Shown here piece after piece: positions 47,610-56,650 of a stretch of DNA of 64,000 nucleotides. Each line of letters begins with the position of its first letter. The stretch's first letter is position 1. Source of the stretch: an uncultured Chloroflexia bacterium. GTDB taxonomy: Bacteria; Chloroflexota; Limnocylindria; Limnocylindrales; CSP1-4. The notes under the pieces are model-generated. The model was not told the DNA's origin. It worked only from the letters and a program-made list of their open reading frames with translations, and did not search any database. Made by a program: the position numbers and the translations under genes. The stretch covers positions 787,841 to 851,840 of the forward strand of contig CAVZVH010000026.1 of NCBI GenBank assembly GCA_963778645.1, in the 5' to 3' direction.

Positions 47610-48827
47610 CTAGTTGACTGACACGACCCGGTAGTGGCGGTCGCCTGCGGGGGTGGTGATGATCACCTCGTCACCCTCTGCACGACCCAGGAGCGCCCGC
47701 CCGACCGGCGAGGATGACGAGATCCGGCCGGCCACCACGTCCGATTCCGACGAGCCGACGATCGTGTAGTCGATGGTCTCCCCGTCGGTCTCGATGCGCA
47801 CGACCGAGCCAAGCCCGATCCGCGCGCCGGCCGCCGGTGCCTCGACGATGACCGCGCTCCGCAGCCGGGCCTCGATCGCCTGGATCCGACCCTCCAGGAA
47901 CGACTGCTCGGCGCGCGCGGCGTGGTAGTCCGAGTTCTCCTTGAGGTCCCCGAGCTCCTTCGCCGCCCGGATCCGGCCGATGACCTCGGGCCGGCGGCCG
48001 TGGATCAGTCCATTCAGCTCGGCCTGGAGGCGGACCGCACCGTCGGGCGTCAAGGCGCCTGCCTCTTCCGGCGGTGGCGGCGCGGCCGGCGTGTCGATCG
48101 GAGCGGCCTTCTTGACCGCCGTCGCGCGGCTCGGCGCCCGTCGCTGGCGGCGTTCGGGCGGCTTGCCATCCGCCCCGTCCGCATCGCCATCGGGCACTTG
48201 GACGATGCGCGTCGGCGGCGGCGGGGTGGCAACGGGCTCGGGCAGGAGCGAGCCCGACAGGCCGGTCCGCTTGCGCTCACCGGTCGGTCGGCGAAGGTTG
48301 GCGAACGGGAGGACGAACGCCTGGTCCGGCAGCGTCGCTCGCTCCGCGTCTACCACGCCCTCGGCGAACGCCGTGACCAAGGCGTCCTCGTATTCCTCGA
48401 CGGCTGGCGTCGCGGCCCACCAGACACGCGTCCCGGGCGGCATCGCCAGCGCATGGAGCCAGTGCCCGCCGGAGTACGGCCGGCGGTCGCCGAGGGTCGT
48501 CGCGACCATCGCGGCCACCCGACGGCTGATCGATTGCTCGGATGAACCCACATAGAGGACCTGCTCCGAGGGCAACCAGAACGCGGCCAGCCGGGCCGCG
48601 AGGGCCCGTGACGTCGGCCGCGTGCCGTCCAGTCGGAGACCCTCCACGCGTTCGAGCCATTTCCCGATCCTGGCCAGTTCGAGCGGCGCAGCGGCCATCG
48701 GCGCCGCGGCCTCGACCACGAACACCCCGGCACCGGTCGGTGGCAGCGGTCGGCCCCAGACGACCGGGCCGTCGGCTAGGAGACCCACGGCACGCAGAAG
48801 TCCGGAGGCGCTTCGATCAGGGTCCAT
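47610..48827 (-). CDS. greA: GreA transcript-cleavage factor fused in frame to a ~258-aa N-terminal extension
   Basis: The C-terminal 147 aa are a complete GreA ('LTPDGAVRLQAEL...RPEVIGRIRAAKELGDLKENSDYHAARAEQSFLEGRI...SSSSPVGRALLGRAEGDEV'). There is no stop between it and the upstream domain that starts at 'MDPDRSASGLL' (ATG 48827). An internal TTG at 48053 is preceded by GGAAGAGG. Confidence 0.8.
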   Translation of the reverse strand: MDPDRSASGLLRAVGLLADGPVVWGRPLPPTGAGVFVVEAAAPMAAAPLELARIGKWLERVEGLRLDGTRPTSRALAARLAAFWLPSEQVLYVGSSEQSISRRVAAMVATTLGDRRPYSGGHWLHALAMPPGTRVWWAATPAVEEYEDALVTAFAEGVVDAERATLPDQAFVLPFANLRRPTGERKRTGLSGSLLPEPVATPPPPTRIVQVPDGDADGADGKPPERRQRRAPSRATAVKKAAPIDTPAAPPPPEEAGALTPDGAVRLQAELNGLIHGRRPEVIGRIRAAKELGDLKENSDYHAARAEQSFLEGRIQAIEARLRSAVIVEAPAAGARIGLGSVVRIETDGETIDYTIVGSSESDVVAGRISSSSPVGRALLGRAEGDEVIITTPAGDRHYRVVSVN

Positions 48828-48873
48828 CCGACCGATGGTACCCGTGACTCGCCCGGGGTATCGTGCGCACGTC

Positions 48874-50187
48874 ATGGCGCCCCGTCGAACCGCCCGAGCC
48901 GTATTGAGCCCGCGCGCGCCCCGGTCAGCCGCGCGACGGGGATTCGCGATCGGCCGGTCCGCCGCGATCCTCGGCGCGGCGTTGTCGCTGATCATGGCCG
49001 CGTTCGGACCGGTTCCGGCGGCGATGGCGGTCGATCCCGAGCACCTCTTCGGCCGGCCCGTCGGGGAGGGGGTCCGCCCGCCGACCCAGGCGGCTCTTCG
49101 CGAGACGCTCCAGCGGCGTCTGGATCGCCTGCGGGTCCGGGACGGCATCCCCGGCGTCTCGGTGGCCATCCGGTTTCCGGATGGCACGACGTGGCTTGGG
49201 ACCAGCGGGCTCGCCGACGTGAAGACCGGAGAGCGCGTGGACGCCGACACCGCGTTCGCGATCGCGAGCATCAGCAAGACGTTCACCGCGGCCCTGATCA
49301 TGGCCCTGTCGGAGGAGGGCATGGTGACACTTGCCCGGCCGGTCATCGAATACCTGCCCGAGGTGTCCATCGACCGGCGTGTGACCGTGCGGATGCTGCT
49401 CGACCACACGAGCGGTGTGCGCGACTTCTTCTACGACCCGAAGATCGACAAGGCCCTGCTTGCCGACCGTGGCAGGAAGTGGGACGCGGCTCGATCGCTC
49501 CGCTTCGTCGGCAAGCCGTACTTCAAGCCCGGCAAGGGCTGGCACTACTCGAACACGAACTACCTCCTGTTGGGCCTGATCGCCGAGCGCGTCGACGGGC
49601 GGTCGCTGGCGGCCCAGCTGCGAGCACGGTTCTTCGGGCCACTCCGACTCGATCACACGTTCGAGCAGATCGACGGATCGCCGGCCGGTTCGGTCGCGCA
49701 CGGCTATCGATTCGAGGGCGCGAGCACCAAGCTGCGACCGGTCGATCTCAGCGACGGGACGGACATGGCGCCGTTCACGTCGGTGGTCACCGCGGCCGGA
49801 GCCGCCGGCTCGATCGCCTCGACCCCGAGCGATCTGGTTCGCTGGGCGGGCGCGCTCTATGGCGGCGTCGTCCTGGATCCAGCCTCGCTCCAGTCGATGA
49901 TCGGCGACGTCGGCAGGACCGCCGGGACGCCGACCGGGACGAGTGCCACGATCCCGTACGGCCTCGGCGTCCAGGCGATCGAGTTCGACGGTCATCAGAC
50001 GCTGGGCCATTCCGGCCGCCTGCTGGGCTTCCGTGCCGTCCTGCGCTGGCTGCCGAAGGAGCGGATCGCGATCGCCGTCGTGACGAACCAGAGCCGGGCC
50101 GACCCGTCGGTCATCGCGCGATCGCTGCTCCGCATGGCGTTGCTGCGGTCGCTGGGCGGCTGCCGGGGTTGCCGCGACCCGCTCTGA
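48874..50187 (+). CDS. Serine hydrolase of the beta-lactamase / D-Ala-D-Ala carboxypeptidase (class C-like) family, secreted
   Basis: SxxK motif 'FAIASISKTFTA', 'YSNTNY', and 'HSGRLLGF'. The N-terminal TM/signal segment reads 'AAILGAALSLIMAAFGPVPAAMA'. Confidence 0.88.
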   Translation: MAPRRTARAVLSPRAPRSAARRGFAIGRSAAILGAALSLIMAAFGPVPAAMAVDPEHLFGRPVGEGVRPPTQAALRETLQRRLDRLRVRDGIPGVSVAIRFPDGTTWLGTSGLADVKTGERVDADTAFAIASISKTFTAALIMALSEEGMVTLARPVIEYLPEVSIDRRVTVRMLLDHTSGVRDFFYDPKIDKALLADRGRKWDAARSLRFVGKPYFKPGKGWHYSNTNYLLLGLIAERVDGRSLAAQLRARFFGPLRLDHTFEQIDGSPAGSVAHGYRFEGASTKLRPVDLSDGTDMAPFTSVVTAAGAAGSIASTPSDLVRWAGALYGGVVLDPASLQSMIGDVGRTAGTPTGTSATIPYGLGVQAIEFDGHQTLGHSGRLLGFRAVLRWLPKERIAIAVVTNQSRADPSVIARSLLRMALLRSLGGCRGCRDPL

Positions 50188-50323
50188 CCGAGACGGACGC
50201 GGGCGTCGTCGACGCTCAGCGCCTCCGTTGACGGGTACATCTGGATGACTCGATCGGGTACCGACGGCTCATTCACGCGGACGCCCGCGGGGCCCACAGT
50301 TCGGCCACGCTCAAGGGGGCCTG

Positions 50324-50935
50324 ATGCCCATCCGCGTGGATGCCTACATGGCCGGAGGGATCGCCAGCGGCACGGTCGACCGTGCCGGGCAGCTGCGCGA
50401 CCTGCTCGAGACCAGCACCGACATCTCGCTGGCGCAGACGAGCTGGCAGCCGCTCGACGGCGCTGCAGCGCAGGCCGCGGGAGACCTGACCATCGCGGTC
50501 GACGACGTGCTCATCGTCGTCTCAGACGACGACCCCTACCTGTCGCAGCACGCCGCCTATCACGGTATCCGTCTCGTCGTCGGGCCGTACCTGGTGGCAG
50601 GCGACCTGCCGACGCTCCCTGGGTTCGATCCCGGACGGGCGCTGACGCGTCCCAGCGGCGAGTTCGTCATGCTGCGGGACGTCACATTGGGGCTCGTCGG
50701 CGACGACGATGAGACGGTCGAGTTTCCGCACGCGTTGATCAATCGATACGGCGTCGACCGCGTCAGCGCCGACATCATGCTGGGCTTCTTCTTCCCGGGC
50801 GCCGTGATGGACGCACCGGAGGGGACGCATGCTCCGGTCTCCGCCGGCGCACCCCTGCCCCAGGCGAGCCCCGCCCCAGAACCCGAGTCGACTGACGCCG
50901 CGCCGGAACCCGCGACCTCGGTCAGCACGACCTGA
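50324..50935 (+). CDS. Hypothetical protein, remote paralogue of ORF 1776..2525
   Basis: See feature 1776..2525. Ends with a P/A/S/E-rich tail. Confidence 0.6.
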   Translation: MPIRVDAYMAGGIASGTVDRAGQLRDLLETSTDISLAQTSWQPLDGAAAQAAGDLTIAVDDVLIVVSDDDPYLSQHAAYHGIRLVVGPYLVAGDLPTLPGFDPGRALTRPSGEFVMLRDVTLGLVGDDDETVEFPHALINRYGVDRVSADIMLGFFFPGAVMDAPEGTHAPVSAGAPLPQASPAPEPESTDAAPEPATSVSTT

Positions 50936-50966
50936 CCCCGTCGGCCGCGCCCGGCCGACAAACCCG

Positions 50967-52232
50967 CTAGCCGCGCCGGCCGCTTCCGACCCGACCCATG
51001 CGTCGCACCGGCTTGCGATGCGCGTGGTGCTCCTGGCCGGTCCGGGCATGACCGGCGCGCATCGACAGGGGTCGGGCTTCCGCTGTTCGGTCGGGGACGA
51101 ACCCATCCTCGATGGTCCACGGGATGGCCAGCTTGAGCATCCGCTGGATGCCTCGCAGCAGGTCGACCTCGTCCATGCACACGAGCGAGATCGCCTCGCC
51201 GGTCGCTCCCGCTCGGCCGGTCCGTCCGATCCGGTGGATGTAGTCCTGCGGGTTCCACGGGAGCTCGAAGTTGACGACGACCGGCAGGTCTTCGATGTCC
51301 AGGCCACGGGCGGCGACGTCCGTGGCGACGAGGACGCGGATCTCGCCGGACTTGAAACCCTCCAGGGCCCGGGTCCGTTCCGGCTGTGACCGGTCGGAGT
51401 GGATGGCGACCGCGTCGAGTCCATCGCGGTCGAGCCGTGACGCCAGTCGGCTCGCCGCCAGTTTGGTCCGCGTGAAGACCAGGACCTGACGCAGGTCGTA
51501 CGTGCGGACGAGGTGGGCGAGCAGCTCCTCCTTGCGATCTCGATCGACCGGGTAGACGAGCTGCTTGACCCCCTCGACCGTCGCGTTCCGGGGCGCCACC
51601 TCGACCGTTGCCGGATCGCGCAGGATCGTCCCCGACAGGCGGCGGATGTCGTCGGAGAAGGTCGCCGAGAACATCAGGTTCTGGCGCTTCGGCGGCAACA
51701 GGGCGATGATCTTCTGGATGTCGGGCAGGAAGCCCATGTCCAGCATGCGATCGGCCTCATCGAGCACCAGGATCTCCACCTGGCCGAGGTTGGCGACCTT
51801 CTGGCCGACGAGATCGAGTAATCGGCCCGGCGTCGCGACGAGGATCTCCACGCCCGCGCGCAGGGCCTTGATCTGCGGATCCATCGGGATGCCGCCATAC
51901 ACGACGGCGGAGCGCAACGGGACCGTCCGCCCGTAGGTCCGGACGCTCTCGTCGACCTGCATCGCGAGCTCGCGTGTGGGCACGAGGATCAGCACGCGCA
52001 CGGGATGGCGCGCAGGCGAGAAGCTCGTGTTCGCGTGTGTGCGCAGGCGGTCGAGGATCGGCAGGACGAAGGCGGCCGTCTTGCCGGTGCCGGTCTGAGC
52101 GGCGGCGAGGACGTCGCGTCCCTGCAACACGAGCGGTATCGCCGCTTCCTGGACGGGTGTCGGGATCTCGTAGCCTTCTTCGGCCACCATCTTGATGAGA
52201 TCGGCCGAGATGCCGAGCGGTTCGAACGTCAA
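50967..52232 (-). CDS. DEAD-box ATP-dependent RNA helicase (RhlE-like)
   Basis: Q-motif 'PTPVQ', 'AQTGTGKTAAF', 'PTRELA', 'VLDEADRMLDMGF', 'SAT', 'ARGLD', 'HRIGRTGRAG'. TTG start at 52232 is preceded by GCAGGAG. Confidence 0.9.
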   Translation of the reverse strand: MTFEPLGISADLIKMVAEEGYEIPTPVQEAAIPLVLQGRDVLAAAQTGTGKTAAFVLPILDRLRTHANTSFSPARHPVRVLILVPTRELAMQVDESVRTYGRTVPLRSAVVYGGIPMDPQIKALRAGVEILVATPGRLLDLVGQKVANLGQVEILVLDEADRMLDMGFLPDIQKIIALLPPKRQNLMFSATFSDDIRRLSGTILRDPATVEVAPRNATVEGVKQLVYPVDRDRKEELLAHLVRTYDLRQVLVFTRTKLAASRLASRLDRDGLDAVAIHSDRSQPERTRALEGFKSGEIRVLVATDVAARGLDIEDLPVVVNFELPWNPQDYIHRIGRTGRAGATGEAISLVCMDEVDLLRGIQRMLKLAIPWTIEDGFVPDRTAEARPLSMRAGHARTGQEHHAHRKPVRRMGRVGSGRRG

Positions 52233-52701
52233 GCGTGGGCTCCTGCGTGGACCCGTCGCGATCGAGGGCGTGAGAGCGCGACGGCGGCATCGGATGCCGA
52301 TGTGCGATCGGCACACCGGTCCCGGGCCGCCCGGAGCATAGCCGAAATCGGTGGTGCGCCTGCGCCCTGACCCGTTCGCCGCGCAACGATGGGCGGATGG
52401 TCGGGCTCGGCAACGGGCGTTCGGGGCTGCCATACTTCCCGCCAACCCCCAAGGCACACTCGACAGACAGGCACAACAGAAGACCGCCGCCCCCACGGCA
52501 GGAACCCTGTCATCGCGTCGGGTGCTTGCACCTGACGGACCGGATCGGCTCACCCGATCCACCGGCCCCGACTCGTCGCCCCCGGTGCGTCGAGCCGGCG
52601 CTACCCGTCCCGCGTCCTCGCGACTCTCCCTTGCCGCTGGCGGCCACACCCACCGTCGTCGTGCCCCCGCACGGCGTTCCGGCAGGGAGGAGGCAAGAGT
52701 C

Positions 52702-53550
52702 TTGCAGGTCCGCAACCCCGGCGCCCAGAGGGCGTCTTCCCACCGGACGGTCCGCCTGTTGGCGCTCCCGATCCTCGCCATGATCATCGCCGTCGGCGGG
52801 CTCTCCGCGAGCGCCACCCCGGCTTCGGCGGCGGGCGTCAAGGTCGTCGTCGTCGTCGGCCCGGTCGAGTCGAGCACCGCCAAATACATCAGGAGCGCGA
52901 AGAAGTACGCGGCCCTGGCTCGCAGTCACGGTGCCAACGTCGTCGAGGTCTACAGCCCCAGGGCCACCTGGGCGAAGGTGAAGGCAGCGGCCAAGGGCGC
53001 CAACATCTTCATCTACCTCGGCCACGGCAACGGGCATCCCAGCCCATACGGGGCCTTCTACGCGGACCGCAAGGACGGGCTCGGGCTGAACAAGGCGTCC
53101 GGCCAGGGGCAACAGCAACCTCAAGTACTACGGCGAGTACTACGTCAAGACGGGCCTCGACCTGGCCCGCAACGCCGTCGTCATCCTGAACCGCCTGTGC
53201 TACGCCTCGGGCAACTCGGAGTGGGGTCGTGCCAACCCGACCAAGGCCGTCGCCAAGCAGCGAGCCGACAACTACGGCGCGGGCTTCCTGCGCGCCGGCG
53301 CCAGGGCGGTCTTCGCCAACGGCATCGACAGCGCCTCGTCGATCATCCGCATGCTCTTGACGACGAACATGACCGATGGGCCAGATCTTCAAGGCGGATC
53401 CGGCATGGACCGGGAACCGAGACTTCTCATTCGCGTCGTCTCGCACGCCCGGTTACCGGGTCTGGATGGATCCATACGCCGCGAGTCGCGTACTACCACT
53501 CGCTCGTCGGCAACTTCTCCCTCACCGCCGCGCAGGTGCGCGCCGGCTGA
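52702..53550 (+). pseudogene. Secreted protein with clan-CD-peptidase-like His/Cys motifs, at least 3 frameshifts
   Basis: GGGAGGAGG plus TTG 52702. Signal peptide 'LLALPILAMIIAVGGLSASATPASAAG'. 'ANIFIYLGHGNGHPSPYG' present. After a frame switch: 'NAVVILNRLCYASGNSEWG'. Later pieces lie in frames 53351.., 53376.. and 52351... Confidence 0.55.
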
Positions 53551-53605
53551 GTCGCTTCGGACCCCGGCAAGCGCGAGGCCCGGTGCCCCCAGAGCGCCGG
53601 GCCTT

Positions 53606-54920
53606 TCAGATTCGCTCCGCTCGCCGAACATCTGTACCCCGGCGGGCTCCGGATCGACCGCGCCCGGTCGCTCCGAAACGGGGGTCGAGGCGCGAGCCCC
53701 GGTACAGGAACGCGGCGGCGACGCCGCCCACGAACACGACCACGCCCGCCAGCATGAACACCGTCCGGACCCCGACCAGCTCGCCGAAGATCCCGGCCAA
53801 CGCCATCGAGACGACGGACGTGCCGGACATGGCGGCCTGGAGCGTCGCCATCGCGCGGCCGCGGGCGGCATCTGGGACACCGGTCTGGAAGATCGTCACG
53901 ACCGCCGCCTGCAGGGGCGTGACGAACCAGCCGATCGCGAAGAGCAGGAGGAGCACCTGCAGGATGTCGGTGGTCGCACCGACCAGACCGATCGAGACCG
54001 CGATGGCGACGATGCCGACCGTCACGATCGTCGTCGGCCGCAGACGCGCGGCGAGCATCGCGACCAGGCCGGCCGACAGGATCATCGAGGCACTCTGCGC
54101 GATCTCGACGGCGCCGAGCCAGACCGGACTGACCTCGAGGACGTTGACGATCAGCGGCAGGAACAGGACGTTGACGGCACCCAGACCCAGCATCGCGACG
54201 GCGAGGGCAAGCAGTGTCGTCGAGAGGACCCGCGATCGGCCGATCAGGCGCAGGCCTTCCATGACCGATGCCCCGACACCGCTCGCCGCGACCCGCTCGG
54301 CGTCACTCGGCCTGCCGACCGACCGGCTCACGCCGAGCACCAGGAGCGCGGACACGCCGAACGTGGCGGCATCGAGGACGAAGGCCGGCCACGCCAGGCC
54401 GGCCACGCCGACGATGAGACCGGCCAGGGCGCTGCCGATGACATTGGCGATGACGCGGGTCGCCTGCCCGATGGAGTTGGCGGCCAGCAGGCCCTCGGCC
54501 GGAACGACACGCGGGATGAGTGCGCCGCGGGCCGGGCTGAAGAACGTCCCGATCGTGGCCTGCACGAAGGCCAGCACGAGCAGCAGCGGCACGAGCTCCG
54601 CTCGTGCCGACGAGGACGAAGCCGAGGACGACGATGGCCCGCAGGGTGTCGGAGACGATCATGATCGTCCGTCGGTCCCAGCGGTCGACGTAGGTGCCCG
54701 CGACGATCCCGATCGTCAGTGGCGGGATCGCCAGCGCGATCGCGACCGCGGCCAGCGCCAGCGTCGAGCCGGTCAGCTGGTTGACCAGGAGCATCAGCGT
54801 GAGGAGCGTCAGTCCGTCACCGACGTCCGAGATCGCCTGGGCGAGCCACAGACGCCGGAAATCGGGCAGCCGAAGCACGTCACGGATCGTCATCGCGGTC
54901 GGGCTGATCGCGTCGGTCAA
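53606..54920 (-). pseudogene. MFS transporter (EntS/MFS_3-like), one frameshift near 54595
   Basis: N-terminus is in ORF 54303..54920 ('FRRLWLAQAISDVGDGL...GTYVDRWDRR'). The rest is in ORF 53606..54592, with multiple TM helices. Confidence 0.85.
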
Positions 54921-55526
54921 CGCTCGTCGGTCTCCGCCGATTCGAGGTCGGCCATCGGATAGAAGCCAAGGACGAGTCCGTATGGCTGGCCGTCGCCATG
55001 CTCGGCATCGAACCCGTCGATGAGCTCGAGGATGTGCGTTCGCACGGCCTCGGCCTGCGCTTTGGAGAGGCGGGCCAGACCCTTCGAGAGCAGGAGCTTG
55101 GTCGAGGGGTCGGCGTCCTCGCCGGTCCCGATGACCCCGCTGCGGAGGCCGCGCTCGATGTCGTCGCGAGCGCCATCGAAGACGGTCGTCAGGACGTCGT
55201 GCATCTCGGGGCTGTCGGCGGCCAGGAGCGACCGGTCGAGGCTGATCTTGAGTTGGGCGATGCGATAGCTCGTCTCGATGATCCCCGAGACGACGCGAGT
55301 GCCCGCCGCCCGGATGAGCTCACGCTCGAGCAGCAGGTTGACGTGGTGGTAGAGCTTGGTCTGGCTGACGCCGAGGCACGCCGCCAGCCGCTTGACGGTG
55401 AAGGCTCTCGCCATGGTCGGCGGTCATGACCTCGAGGATCCGGAGACGCAACGGGTCTGACAGCGCCTTGATCGTCTCCACGTCCGCGATGCGCCGCTCG
55501 GGAAGCGGCTCGGGCCCCAGGTCCAC
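54917..55526 (-). pseudogene. ArsR-family winged-helix regulator with a C-terminal extension, one frameshift near 55410
   Basis: 'IKALSDPLRLRILEVM' is in ORF 55320..55526. 'FTVKRLAACLGVSQTKLYHHVNLLLERELI' is in ORF 54917..55414. The stop overlaps the MFS start (ATGA). Confidence 0.75.
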
Positions 55527-55548
55527 GAGCCTCGGTGTTCACGGCTCA

Positions 55549-55607
55549 CCATTCAGCATCCGTCTCTGCATTCAGATGTGGTTGAATGCAAGGTAGACGC
55601 TGAATGG
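55549..55607. promoter_or_regulatory. Nested perfect palindromes upstream of the arsR-like gene (candidate operator)
   Basis: The outer arms are CCATTCAGC (55549-55557) and GCTGAATGG (55599-55607). The inner arms are TGCATTCA (55567-55574) and TGAATGCA (55583-55590). Both pairs are centred at about 55578, about 50 bp upstream of GTG 55526. Confidence 0.6.
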
Positions 55608-55653
55608 CGCGGCGTCAAGCATGGGCTCGACGGCGTGGCCTCGTCCCCGCCGC

Positions 55654-55802
55654 GACGAGCGGAGGCCCCGGTCGGGACGGGTGTCCTGCCGGGGCCGGGT
55701 CTCGCGCCGGGTCAGCGTCATCGCCCAGGCGGCGGCCCGCCAAGAACCCCGCTCTGGACGAGCGGAGGCCCCGGACGGACGCGGCGGTCCTGCCGGGGCC
55801 GG
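55654..55802. repeat. Two copies of a ~46-nt GC-rich hairpin element
   Basis: Copy A (55654-55698) is 'GACGAGCGGAGGCCCCGGTCGGGACGGGTGTCCTGCCGGGGCCGG'. Copy B (55757-55802) is 'GACGAGCGGAGGCCCCGGACGGACGCGGCGGTCCTGCCGGGGCCGG'. The outer stem GGCCCCGG/CCGGGGCC is identical in both. The inner stems differ but still pair. Confidence 0.8.
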
Positions 55803-56160
55803 GGACTGATCTGGAGCGGCTGCCGCCGGGGTCTAGGCGGCCGCCGCGTGGGCGATGACGCCGAGCATCGCAAGGATCGGTCATCAGGACGACCAGCGCG
55901 GACGGCGGGACACCGAGCGCATCCGTCGCGAAGACCTGCTGCTGTGCGGTCATCGGGTCTCTCCTGTCCGTCCGTTGCCGATGACCGAGTTGGTCACCTC
56001 GCTGTTCGCAGTCTCGGGCTCGGGCCGGTCGACCCAGCGGACGGACGCCAGTTCATGACCCCGACAAACGGCGCCGGTCGGCATGGACGATCTGACGACC
56101 CGATGCGTCGGACTCAGTCTAGCGTACATGCGCAGGTAACTCAGAAAACGCAAACGACTA

Positions 56161-56189
56161 TTGACAAAGTGAAAGTCACGAGCTACAAC
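56161..56189 (+). promoter_or_regulatory. Sigma-70/SigA-type promoter with an operator-like palindrome in the spacer
   Basis: TTGACA (56161-56166), a 17-nt spacer containing GTGAAAGTCAC (56169-56179), then TACAAC (56184-56189). It lies in a locally AT-rich island (about 56110-56215). Confidence 0.55.
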
Positions 56190-56223
56190 TAGGACCACAC
56201 ACATGAGGAAAGCCGATACCCAC

Positions 56224-56650
56224 ATGGCACACGACGTCATCTCCACCTGCCCCGTCTGCTCGAGCGAGCTGGCGGTCACGCGCCTCCATTGCGGGAGCTG
56301 CGGGACCACCCTCGAAGGCGACTTCAGCGTCGGCCGGTTCGGCCGGCTGAACCGTGATCAGCTCGCCCTGCTCGAGAGCTTCCTGCGTTCGCGCGGCAAC
56401 CTCCGAGAGATGGAGCGTGAGCTCGGCATCAGCTACCCCACGGTCCGGTCCCGGGTCGAAGCCCTCGTCACGGCGCTCGGGTTCGGAGCCCGGGCCGACG
56501 CCGAGGATCTCGACGAGACCGCGACCGAACCGATCGCGACCGCCACGCCCATGAGTCGAGACGCGATCCTCGAGGCCCTCGCCCGTCATGAGCTGACGCG
56601 CCGAGGACGCCGCCGTCGCGATCCGTGCGCTCGGGCGGACCGACCCATGA
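56224..56650 (+). pseudogene. DUF2089-like protein (zinc ribbon + HTH), one frameshift near 56596-56600
   Basis: 'CPVCSSELAVTRLHCGSCGTTLEG' and 'LNRDQLALLESFLRSRGNLREMERELGISYPTVRSRVEAL'. After a -1 correction the tail reads 'AEDAAVAIRALGRTDP*', with its TGA overlapping the next ATG (56647-56650). Confidence 0.75.
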
